This document shows, in pieces, positions 37,267-45,610 of a DNA stretch of 64,000 nucleotides. Each line of letters starts with the position of its first letter. Position 1 is the stretch's first letter. A program made the position numbers and the translations under genes. The stretch lies in the NCBI GenBank assembly GCA_050248855.1, contig JBFWRP010000005.1, positions 1 to 64,000 of the forward strand. Reading direction: 5' to 3'. Under the pieces are notes generated by a model. It did not search any database. It saw only the letters and a program-made list of their open reading frames with translations, and was not told the origin of the DNA. The DNA is from Planctomycetota bacterium. GTDB taxonomy: Bacteria; Planctomycetota; PLA2; JAEUHO01.

Positions 37267-37322
37267 GGTGGGCCTCCTTCCGGGAGGCCCACTGTCCCAT
37301 GCGCGGTGGGCGCCCGTGTCCG

Positions 37323-37526
37323 CTACTCCGCGGCGTCCGGGGCGCCCCACTCGATCGGGGCCGGCACGGGCCGCGGCCCCAGCGTGCGTCGCGTCGGCGA
37401 CTCGGGCTCGCGGGCGCCGCGCGCGGCGCGGTCGCCGGCCGCGAGGCAGGGAGCGAGCACGATCGCGGCCAGGAACACGACCACGAGCGCCAGGAAGCCG
37501 GCGTGGCGGACGAGGAACGCCTTCAC
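37323..37526 (-). CDS. Small single-TM hypothetical protein
   Basis: Fills the gap in the co-oriented operon; hydrophobic FLALVVVFLAAIVLA stretch. Confidence 0.45.
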   Translation of the reverse strand: MKAFLVRHAGFLALVVVFLAAIVLAPCLAAGDRAARGAREPESPTRRTLGPRPVPAPIEWGAPDAAE

Positions 37527-37537
37527 GACGACACCCT

Positions 37538-40500
37538 CTAGCGGCCTGCGGCCGGCTCCGTCGGCGGGGCCGGCGGACGGTAGTGGTGCAGCAGGTAGTG
37601 CGTGAGCGCCCGGATCTGGACCTCGGCGAGGCGCTTGACTGCGTCGGTCTTGCGCTCCGCGTCCTCCGAGGCGTAGTCGGCACGCCACTGCTCGTCGTCG
37701 CGCAGCCAGAACTGGAACGCCTGCCAGTCGGCATTCACGTCGCGGCCGTACTGACGCTTCATGGAGTAGAACTGGGGCATCTTCGTGCCGTTGATCAAGT
37801 GCGCCGGGTTGTAGAGCAGCGCCTCCACCCACGACGTGCGCAACCGGTCCGCCGACAGCGCGAACGATGGCGCCACGCCACCGTCCGTCGGGTCCGCGCC
37901 GGGCGAGCCCTTCGGCAGGTGGCACTTGTTGCAGTTGATGGTCTCGAAGAGCGCGCGGGCCTCTTCCACCCATCCCGTCAGCGGCCCCACGGCCGGCCTC
38001 GTCTCGGTGGCCGGGATACTCAGCGGTGTCTCGAAGCGATGACCCACGAGCGCGCTGTCGTCCTGCGGCATCAGGATCGACGCGTCCTCGCCCGCCAGAC
38101 GCACGAAGTACTTGGCCAGGGCGCGCGCCTCGTCGTCGGACATGCCGAAGCGCGGCATGTGCACGTTGACGATGGGGCGCAACCAGATCGGTTCCTTCAG
38201 GAACTTCACGAGCCACTCGCTGCGCGTGCGGTAGCCCTGACCGAACAGGTTGGGCGGCAGCGTCGCCGGGTCCACGCCCAGGTCCGCCTTCTGCTGCCAG
38301 AGCAGGCCGGCCATGCCCTCGAGGGTGTGGCACTGGTTGCAGCCGTAGCGCTTGGCCACGTTGCGGCCCTCGATCAGCTCCAGCTCTTCCTCCGAGGGGT
38401 TGGCAAGCGCTCCCGACTGGATCTTGTCGGCGGTGAAGCCCGCCACCATGGCCGTGACGGCGCGACGCGTCTCCATGGGCCAGCTGAAGGTCTCGCCTTC
38501 CTCGGGCTCGTAGTCGGCCGGGACGGGCAGCTCGCCCTGCGGGGGGGTCCAGAAGTTGAAGCGCGGCATGCGCAGCTTGTCGGGCCAGGGCTTGAGCTTG
38601 CCGACGTCCCAGACGCGCGGCGTGCGCAGCTTGTGGAAGAAGAAGTTGGATCGGGAGTGCGGCACGAGGTCCTTGGGCACCACGCCGAAGTCGAGCTGGT
38701 GCAGGTCCTTCGAACCGTGCTCGCTGAGCTCGACGCCGATCGGGTTCTCGTCCTGGTGCCCGGCGACCTCGTGGCAGCCGAAACAGCCGTTGCGCGACAA
38801 GAGCTTCTCGCCGACGCGCGCCAGCTGCGTGGCGAGGTTCTCGCCGCTCAAGGAACCGATCTCGCCCTTGATCACGTCGCGCCGCACCCACTCCCCGGTC
38901 TCGGCGTCCTTGCCGAAGAACACCTCGATCATCTCGCGCAGGATCGGCTCGAAGCGCGGGCTCCAGCCGAGGTCGGGCAGCGCGTCGAACTCCTCGTGCT
39001 TGGAGGCCATGAGGTACGCGATGATGTCCGCACGCATCTGCGCGCCGTCAGCCACCTTGACGCCCTGCGCGTCGTACTTGTCGACCAGACGCATGTCGGG
39101 CATGCGCGTGGTGGACGTGTAATGGCGCGGGTTCTTCAGCCACGCGTTGAGCCACGCCGTGTCCTTGAGCTTGCTGCCCAGACCGATGAGCGACGGGCCC
39201 TGCATGCGCAGGGGGTCGTAGGCGAAGCGCGCGGGGCCATCGGCCTCCCAGCCGTCGGGGCCCATCACCTCGGGCACGATGTGACAGGCCGTGCAACCCT
39301 TCTCGTCGACGAGGGAGCGCCCGCGCTCGGCGTCGCCCTCGGGCAAAACCTCGTCGTAGTCGGGGTTGTAGGTGGCCGGGTCGGACGGATCACGCTGGGT
39401 CGTGATGCGCGGCTCGCCGTCGTCCGTGAACTTGGGCTGGTTCATCAGGTACGTCGCCATGGCGACGACCTGCAGCTTCATCATGTCCTCGTCGTCCGTG
39501 GACGTCTGCGGGCCCAGCTCGAGGGCGAACTCGGGGTCCAGCATGTGCGCATCGGTGACGGGCAGGATCCTGAGGCTGCCGTCCTCGTTGCGCGACGGTT
39601 GCCACTGCCAGTCCTTGTCCAGGAACCAGAAGAAGCTGGGCATCTTCGTGGTGGGCCGGAAGACGTCCGGGTGCAGGATCCACTTGTAGAGCCACTCGAT
39701 GTCGACCTTGTCGGCCAGGGTGGACAGGGTCGGCGCCACGCGCGGCGGGTCCTCGTAGCCCACTTGCTGGCCGAAGTCCTTGATGATGTGGCAGCCCTGA
39801 CAGCCGTAGGCGACGATGGTGTCGTACCCGCGATCGTAGCGCTCGGCGCGCCAGTCGTAGTCGTGGACGACCGAGTCGACCCAGCGATCGGCCAGGGTCT
39901 TGCCGTCCGGACCGGGTGCAGGGTTGCCGAAGCCCTCCTCGGGATCGTCGCTGGCCAGGAACTCGTACACAGGCAGCTCTTCGAGCTGCAGCTTCTGTTG
40001 GGCGATGACATCGGCCATGGTCACCGGCGCCGGCGTCCACGAGGTTGCCGGCCTCGGGGCCGGAGGCAGCGCGTACTCGCTGTGGGCCTCCCAGGGACCG
40101 AGAAGCCGATTGGCCGGTGTGGCAACGCGCGGGTCGTCGGCCGGATACCGCATCTGGCCGATCTCGGACTTCTCGCCCAGCACCACGTCCTCGCCATGGA
40201 CGTAGCCGTGTTCGAGGCTCTCGGGATAGTGCACAGGCCAGGCAATACCGTCCTTGTGGCACTTCCAGCACTGGCCTTCCGCGTAGTCGGTCGCCAACAT
40301 CGGGTACTCGATGTAGTGCGGCTCGTGGTAGCCGTGCTCGTCCTTCCAGCGCTGCTCGGTCTTGGCATCTTCCGGGTGGTGGGCCGCGCGACTGAAGTCG
40401 GTGGCCCAGCCCACGCCGTGGTGGCAGACGGTGCAGCCGAAACGCTCGATCGGATGCGGCCCGCCAGCCCCCACCATGAGATCGAGGCCCGGGTGCGCCT

Positions 40501-41482
40501 GCATCCAAACCGGCAGCTCGTACTTCTCGACGTTCTGCGGCTCGCCCATGCTGGGCACGGCGGCGCCCACGTGGCACGTCATGCAACGGTCCACGCGCTT
40601 GTTCGTGGCGAAGTTCCAGTTGTCGTGGATGTCGTCAAGGACGACCTGCTTCACCTCGATGGAGCGGGCGATGAAGTCCACGAAGGGCGCGTTGCGCCAG
40701 GAGTTCTTCTCGTACAGCGCCTCGAAGCCCTTGAGCGTCGCCTCGGCTACCGCCTTGTCCTGCAACAGCGAGGTCAGACGGGCCTGGGCGTCGGTCCAAG
40801 GCCTCTCCATGGCCGTCAGGCGCCGCTCGGCGTCCTGCCAGTTGGCCGCCGCCGTGAGGTACCGATCCTCGGCCTCGTAGAGCATCTGACCGTAGCGCAA
40901 GACGGGCTCGCGCGCGGCCTCCATGGCCTCCCGCGCAGCTTCGACGTCCGCCGCGGAGACGGCCGGCATGCCCAAGGCGGCCGTGTCCTGTGCGAGCTGC
41001 GCATCGCGAATGCGCTCGGCGCGCTGGAAGGCCGCGCGCTTGGTCTCGAAGATGTAGCGCGCGGGCGAGAGGAGGCCCTTGACGCCCTTCACCTCCTTGT
41101 CGCGCTCGTCCATGACGCGCTTGAGCTCATGCCGCTCGGCCATCAGCTCTTCGCGGCTGATGGGCTTCTTGACCTTGTCGAGCTCGGCCTTGGCCTCGTC
41201 CACGGCGACCCGCGCCGCCTGCACCTCTTCCTCCAGCGTGAACACCTCGGCGCGCTTCGCCCGGGCCTGGTCGCGTGCGATCTCGATCTGCTTGTCGAAG
41301 TAGGCCTTCTGGTAGGTCTTCCAGGGCCGGGCGTAGTCCTTCCAGACCATGGCCACGATGGCCACGACGAGCAGGACCGAGAACACGAGGAACCACACGC
41401 TCAAGAGCCCCGGGCGGTAGAGCCGCTCGTGGTCTCGGTTGCGGTGGCGCAGGGCGGCAGGCGTCGGTCGGCTGGCGGCCAT
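37538..41482 (-). CDS. Membrane-anchored octaheme cytochrome c (bc-complex partner, 1314 aa)
   Basis: Eight CXXCH motifs (CMTCH, CTVCH, CWKCH, CQGCH, CTACH, CFGCH, CNQCH, CNKCH); N-terminal TM plus coiled coil. Confidence 0.92.
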   Translation of the reverse strand: MAASRPTPAALRHRNRDHERLYRPGLLSVWFLVFSVLLVVAIVAMVWKDYARPWKTYQKAYFDKQIEIARDQARAKRAEVFTLEEEVQAARVAVDEAKAELDKVKKPISREELMAERHELKRVMDERDKEVKGVKGLLSPARYIFETKRAAFQRAERIRDAQLAQDTAALGMPAVSAADVEAAREAMEAAREPVLRYGQMLYEAEDRYLTAAANWQDAERRLTAMERPWTDAQARLTSLLQDKAVAEATLKGFEALYEKNSWRNAPFVDFIARSIEVKQVVLDDIHDNWNFATNKRVDRCMTCHVGAAVPSMGEPQNVEKYELPVWMQAHPGLDLMVGAGGPHPIERFGCTVCHHGVGWATDFSRAAHHPEDAKTEQRWKDEHGYHEPHYIEYPMLATDYAEGQCWKCHKDGIAWPVHYPESLEHGYVHGEDVVLGEKSEIGQMRYPADDPRVATPANRLLGPWEAHSEYALPPAPRPATSWTPAPVTMADVIAQQKLQLEELPVYEFLASDDPEEGFGNPAPGPDGKTLADRWVDSVVHDYDWRAERYDRGYDTIVAYGCQGCHIIKDFGQQVGYEDPPRVAPTLSTLADKVDIEWLYKWILHPDVFRPTTKMPSFFWFLDKDWQWQPSRNEDGSLRILPVTDAHMLDPEFALELGPQTSTDDEDMMKLQVVAMATYLMNQPKFTDDGEPRITTQRDPSDPATYNPDYDEVLPEGDAERGRSLVDEKGCTACHIVPEVMGPDGWEADGPARFAYDPLRMQGPSLIGLGSKLKDTAWLNAWLKNPRHYTSTTRMPDMRLVDKYDAQGVKVADGAQMRADIIAYLMASKHEEFDALPDLGWSPRFEPILREMIEVFFGKDAETGEWVRRDVIKGEIGSLSGENLATQLARVGEKLLSRNGCFGCHEVAGHQDENPIGVELSEHGSKDLHQLDFGVVPKDLVPHSRSNFFFHKLRTPRVWDVGKLKPWPDKLRMPRFNFWTPPQGELPVPADYEPEEGETFSWPMETRRAVTAMVAGFTADKIQSGALANPSEEELELIEGRNVAKRYGCNQCHTLEGMAGLLWQQKADLGVDPATLPPNLFGQGYRTRSEWLVKFLKEPIWLRPIVNVHMPRFGMSDDEARALAKYFVRLAGEDASILMPQDDSALVGHRFETPLSIPATETRPAVGPLTGWVEEARALFETINCNKCHLPKGSPGADPTDGGVAPSFALSADRLRTSWVEALLYNPAHLINGTKMPQFYSMKRQYGRDVNADWQAFQFWLRDDEQWRADYASEDAERKTDAVKRLAEVQIRALTHYLLHHYRPPAPPTEPAAGR

Positions 41483-41506
41483 GGAGGACCTCCGTCGCGT
41501 CGGGCG

Positions 41507-42610
41507 TCAGATGTTCAGCTGGATGTCGGGCAGGTTGACGATGTACTTCAGGTTGAACATCCACCGGAGCACCATCTTGATGGGCACGGCGGCCATGATC
41601 AGACCCAAGTTGGCGACCACGCCGAAGCGGATGGCGCCCAGCTCCCGGAAGAGCTTCTTGCCGATCGTGTTGGCGAAGATCACGGGCAGTACGCCCATGT
41701 AGCCGACGACCAGCAGGATGCCCGGCAGCTCACGCAAGAGCACGCTCTCCGGCTCCATGCCGCCGAGCAGCTTCACGTAGAAGATCTCGCTCACGTCGAT
41801 GTTGAGCAGCGGCTCGACCTTGTTCACGTCCCAAGGCTCGAACACACCGAAGAAGTTCCACCCGGGCCCGCGCAGGAACGTGCCGAGGAACACCTGCAGG
41901 ACCCAGAGGATGAGGAAGCCGAAGAGGAAGACCGAGATGGCCCCCTTGCGCCCCTTCAACGTGTAGTAGCCGTTGCCCTTGGGGTTGCGATCCACGTAGG
42001 GGATGGCCATGAGCCCGATCATGATCAGCATGGGGATCAGGATGCCGGCCAGCCACGGGTCGAAGTAGACGAGCAGCTCCTGCAGGCCGAGGAAGTACCA
42101 CGGCGCCTTGGCCGGGTTGGGCGTGCGACCGGCGTTGGCCGGCTCCTCCAGCGGCGCCTCGAGCAACACGGCCCACACGATGAGGACCACCGCGCAGGCG
42201 ACCATGGCAATGAGCTCGGTATAGACCAAGTCCGGCCAGACCAGGACCTTGCGCGTCTTCTCGGCGGCCTCGACGGGCGGCTCGCCCTTGGCGATGCGCG
42301 CGTCGTTGACCGAAGCCTTGCGCAGCGACAGCCAGTAGAAGAAGAACAACAGGCCCAAGATCATGACGATCGGGACGTTGTCCGGCTTGGTGAGGCTTCG
42401 CACGAACTCGGCGTGGCCCTCGACCAGCCCGATCGGCAGGCAGGCGTAGACGAGCAACAGGACCAGGAACGCGCCGATCGCCAGGGCAATCGGCGGCCGG
42501 GTCCAGACGTGCGCGAACTTCAAGCTGAGGATCAACAGCACGATGCTGATGGCGGAGAGGATCTCCGGCCGGGTCAGCACGTTGAGGATGCGGTCGATGG
42601 TCTCGAACAC
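41507..42610 (-). CDS. petD: Cytochrome b6 subunit IV-like (C-terminal half of split cytochrome b), extended
   Basis: VWPDL, APLEEPAN..TPNPAKAPWYFLGLQELL and PYVDRNP. Confidence 0.85.
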   Translation of the reverse strand: MFETIDRILNVLTRPEILSAISIVLLILSLKFAHVWTRPPIALAIGAFLVLLLVYACLPIGLVEGHAEFVRSLTKPDNVPIVMILGLLFFFYWLSLRKASVNDARIAKGEPPVEAAEKTRKVLVWPDLVYTELIAMVACAVVLIVWAVLLEAPLEEPANAGRTPNPAKAPWYFLGLQELLVYFDPWLAGILIPMLIMIGLMAIPYVDRNPKGNGYYTLKGRKGAISVFLFGFLILWVLQVFLGTFLRGPGWNFFGVFEPWDVNKVEPLLNIDVSEIFYVKLLGGMEPESVLLRELPGILLVVGYMGVLPVIFANTIGKKLFRELGAIRFGVVANLGLIMAAVPIKMVLRWMFNLKYIVNLPDIQLNI

Positions 42611-42634
42611 GGGTGCCTCCCTCGCCTCGGCCGA

Positions 42635-43402
42635 TCAGAGCGGGCCGCTGATGCCGCCGTCCTTGCGGACGCGCCAGAAGTGGACCGCCATGAGCACCAT
42701 CGCGATCACGGGCACCGCGATGCAGTGGAGCACGTAGAAGCGCAGCAGCGTCTGCTCGCCCACGAACCGTCCGCCGAGGAGGGCGTACCGGATGTCGTTG
42801 CCTGACGTGACGAACTGGATGTCGTCCAGCACGAGCAGGTTGGAGAGCGGGCCCTCCGTGCCGATGGCCGGGTGGGCGCGGGCCATGTTCGAGCCGACCG
42901 TCACGGCCCAGATGGCCAGCTGGTCCCAGGGCAGCAAGTACCCCGTGAACGACATGAACAGGGTCACGACGAGCAAGATGACGCCGATGCCCCAGTTGAA
43001 CTCGCGCGGCGGCTTGTACGACCCCGTCATGAAGACGCGGAACATGTGCAACCAGACCGTGATGACCATCGCGTGGGCGCCCCAGCGATGGATCTCGCGC
43101 ATGATGCCGAGCGGGATGTCTTCGCGCAGCGCCATGATGTCGGAGTAGGCGCTGGCGGCGACCGGCCGGTAGTAGAACATCAGCAAGATGCCGGTGACGG
43201 TCTCGACGAGGAACAGGAAGAACGTCAGCCCACCCATGCACCACGTGAACGAGAGCCGGATGCCCGAGGCGCGGGCCCGCACCGGGTGCAGGTGCAGGAA
43301 GACGTTGGCCAGCATGACCATGGCGCGGTTGCGCGCCGTGGTCGGCGGACCGTGTCGGAAGATGCTCTTCCAGATCTGCGATTCGCGAAGGGCCTTGAGC
43401 AT
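42635..43402 (-). CDS. petB: Cytochrome b6-type N-terminal cytochrome b
   Basis: WCMGG (heme ci Cys), HRWGAH..LH, YKPPREFNW, TGYLLPWDQ, RFYVLH..VH. Confidence 0.92.
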   Translation of the reverse strand: MLKALRESQIWKSIFRHGPPTTARNRAMVMLANVFLHLHPVRARASGIRLSFTWCMGGLTFFLFLVETVTGILLMFYYRPVAASAYSDIMALREDIPLGIMREIHRWGAHAMVITVWLHMFRVFMTGSYKPPREFNWGIGVILLVVTLFMSFTGYLLPWDQLAIWAVTVGSNMARAHPAIGTEGPLSNLLVLDDIQFVTSGNDIRYALLGGRFVGEQTLLRFYVLHCIAVPVIAMVLMAVHFWRVRKDGGISGPL

Positions 43403-43417
43403 GCTGGTCTCCGCCGG

Positions 43418-44056
43418 TCAGGCCGGGAGATAGAACTGGGGGGCGTCGCAGGTGCCCTGCTCGGGCTGGCACTTGGCCGTCTTGTCGACGAGCACCTTGC
43501 CCGTGACCGGGTCCAGCGCCACACGGAAGCGCTCCAGCGGGCGCGGCGTGGGGCCTTCGAAGTTGACGCCGTCGATGTAGTAGCCCGAGCCGTGGCAGGG
43601 GCACTTGTACTTGGCGTCGCCGGGCAGCCAGTTGGGCGTGCAGCCCAGGTGCGTACACACGGTGGACAGCGCCATGATCCGGCCGCCCGTGTTGACCATC
43701 CAGACGCCGTTCGTCTCCTTCCACGTCTCGTCCACCTTCTCGGCCGTGAAGGTGCTCGGCGCAGCCGTCAGGAACTTCTGCGGCGGCTCGAACGACACGT
43801 TGGGGAACAGGAAGCGCACGGTGGCCAGCGTGCCGATGCCGCCTGCGGTGGCGAATGCGGCCCAGCCGTGGAACGCGGCGCTGAACACGCCGCGGCGCGT
43901 GACCTTCATGGGCTCGCGGCCGTCCTTGGGCGCCAGGCGTTCGATCTGCTTGGCCGTCTTCGAGCCGTCCTCGACGGGGAAGTCGTAGGGCCAGGGGCTC
44001 GGCCACGCCGGCGGCGGCGTGGTTCCCTTCACGGGAGCAGAGGATTCGTCGCTCAT
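43418..44056 (-). CDS. petC: Rieske 2Fe-2S subunit
   Basis: TRR Tat motif, CTHLGC and CPCHGS.Y, GPTPRPL. Confidence 0.93.
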   Translation of the reverse strand: MSDESSAPVKGTTPPPAWPSPWPYDFPVEDGSKTAKQIERLAPKDGREPMKVTRRGVFSAAFHGWAAFATAGGIGTLATVRFLFPNVSFEPPQKFLTAAPSTFTAEKVDETWKETNGVWMVNTGGRIMALSTVCTHLGCTPNWLPGDAKYKCPCHGSGYYIDGVNFEGPTPRPLERFRVALDPVTGKVLVDKTAKCQPEQGTCDAPQFYLPA

Positions 44057-45150
44057 CGCTGTCCTCCGGTGGATTCGGCCGGGCCTGCGTCCCAGCGCGC
44101 CAGGGCCTGGCGGGCGGCGGCGCGAACCGCGTCGTCGCCCTCGTGGGCCGTGTCGGTCAGCCGCTCGACGAGCGGCTTCAAGTCGGGGTCGCGCAGCGCC
44201 AAGGCCGAGCCGATGGCGTTGCCGAGCGCCGCGGACTGGAACGCCGGGTCGATGCCCAGCTCCTCCAGACCGCCGCGGGACAGCGACTGTGCGAGGAGGT
44301 GCTTGCCCGACGCATCGCCGCGGCGAGCCAACCCGTACGCGGCGTTCAGGCGGATGCCCGCGCTGGGGGCATCGAGCCCCGACGTCAGCAGCTGGCGCGT
44401 CTGGGGGCTGTCGGCTTGCGCGCCCCCGTGGCGGGGCAGCCCGAGCAACGCCAAGCCGCTCATGCCCATCGTGCGCACCTCGACGTCTTTCTCTGCAGGT
44501 CCCGCCATGGTCACGTAGGCGGACTCGGCAAGGCGCGACTCGAAGTGCAGCAAGCCCGCAGCCGCCGCGCGACGCACGTCGCTGGATGCAGCCTTGCGGC
44601 CTTCGCCCGGGTAGAGGACGTCGAGCAACACGGGCAAGGCGCCGATCACCTCGGCGCGACCCAACGCGCGCGCGAGGCCCTGCTGGCGCTCCTCGCTCTC
44701 CTCCTCGCGGGCGAGACGGAACGCCCTGAGCAGCCGCTCCTGGAAGTCGGGGGCCGCGTAGAACGGCGCGGGCTCGACGGGCTCGCCCGCGCGGCGCTGC
44801 GCCTCGACGCGGTTGCGCTCTTCGGCGATGGCGATGGCCAGCTGCTGCGAGGCCTGCTGCTGGCGGTTCTCCCCGCCGTCCAAGAGCACCGTCAGCATGC
44901 CCTCCGGCGTCGTCTCCTCCTTGCCGAGCAGGCCGAACAGGAGGAACAGACCGACCGCCGCGACCACGATCAAGACGGGGAAGAAGAAGTACTGCCAGAG
45001 CAGCAGGGAGCGCTTGCCCCCCGGGGTCTCGGGCTGCTGCCGCTGGAACAGCGGGTCCCCCGCATTCGCCTTCGACGGCGCCGCGCCGGCGGCGCCGGTC
45101 CCGGCGTCAGGGCCGCCCTGGGGCGGTTCGGGGGAGGGCGTCGAGGGCAC
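44053..45150 (-). CDS. Membrane-anchored HEAT-repeat protein
   Basis: N-terminal TM (YFFFPVLIVVAAVGLFLLF); VRRAAA, IRLNAAYGLA and VRAAARQAL repeats; ATGA overlap with the Rieske gene. Confidence 0.75.
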   Translation of the reverse strand: MPSTPSPEPPQGGPDAGTGAAGAAPSKANAGDPLFQRQQPETPGGKRSLLLWQYFFFPVLIVVAAVGLFLLFGLLGKEETTPEGMLTVLLDGGENRQQQASQQLAIAIAEERNRVEAQRRAGEPVEPAPFYAAPDFQERLLRAFRLAREEESEERQQGLARALGRAEVIGALPVLLDVLYPGEGRKAASSDVRRAAAAGLLHFESRLAESAYVTMAGPAEKDVEVRTMGMSGLALLGLPRHGGAQADSPQTRQLLTSGLDAPSAGIRLNAAYGLARRGDASGKHLLAQSLSRGGLEELGIDPAFQSAALGNAIGSALALRDPDLKPLVERLTDTAHEGDDAVRAAARQALARWDAGPAESTGGQR

Positions 45151-45610
45151 GTATGTCCGCTGGTGCTCGGGAGGCAGGGATGGACCGCTGGCGACCCCCG
45201 GCCTCCCCGCCGGGATCGCGCCGTGAGTCTAGGGATCTGGGCCCCCCCTCCGAAGGTTTGCCGCCCCCGCGACCGTGCGCGCGAGGCCTCCTCGCAGGGG
45301 CTGGTCGGCGAACGTGCGTTCGTCGGGTCGGAGGCGCGCCGGGCGAAACCACAGCGCTCGTGCGATACATGAGAACGGCTCGCAGGATGAAGGTGGCTCT
45401 CGACCTCTGCTCGGGAGCCACCCTGGGGCGTTCGCAATGTCGCGCGCGCTCGACACGCAGCGCCCCGGTGACGAGTCGTCTGGACGCTCGATCCGGGCGA
45501 GGCCCAGGTTTCCGGGCCTCGACCTCGCGGTCCCCCTCTTGCGTTCGAGGCGGTCGTGGTGGAGGACAGACGCGTCCGGCGGCAACGCCTGCGCGTCGCG
45601 AGGACCCGCC

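Noticed and set aside
37100..42805. Very long antisense ORFs (also 13994-18013 +, 31472-36439 +, 52498-58845 -)
   Set aside because: Shadow frames opposite motif-rich genes, expected from stop-codon scarcity at very high GC; no recognisable motifs.
45151..45610. Hairpins in the divergent promoter region of the respiratory operon and peroxidase
   Set aside because: GC-rich stems are expected by chance; no FNR box (TTGAT-N4-ATCAA) or riboswitch consensus was recognisable.
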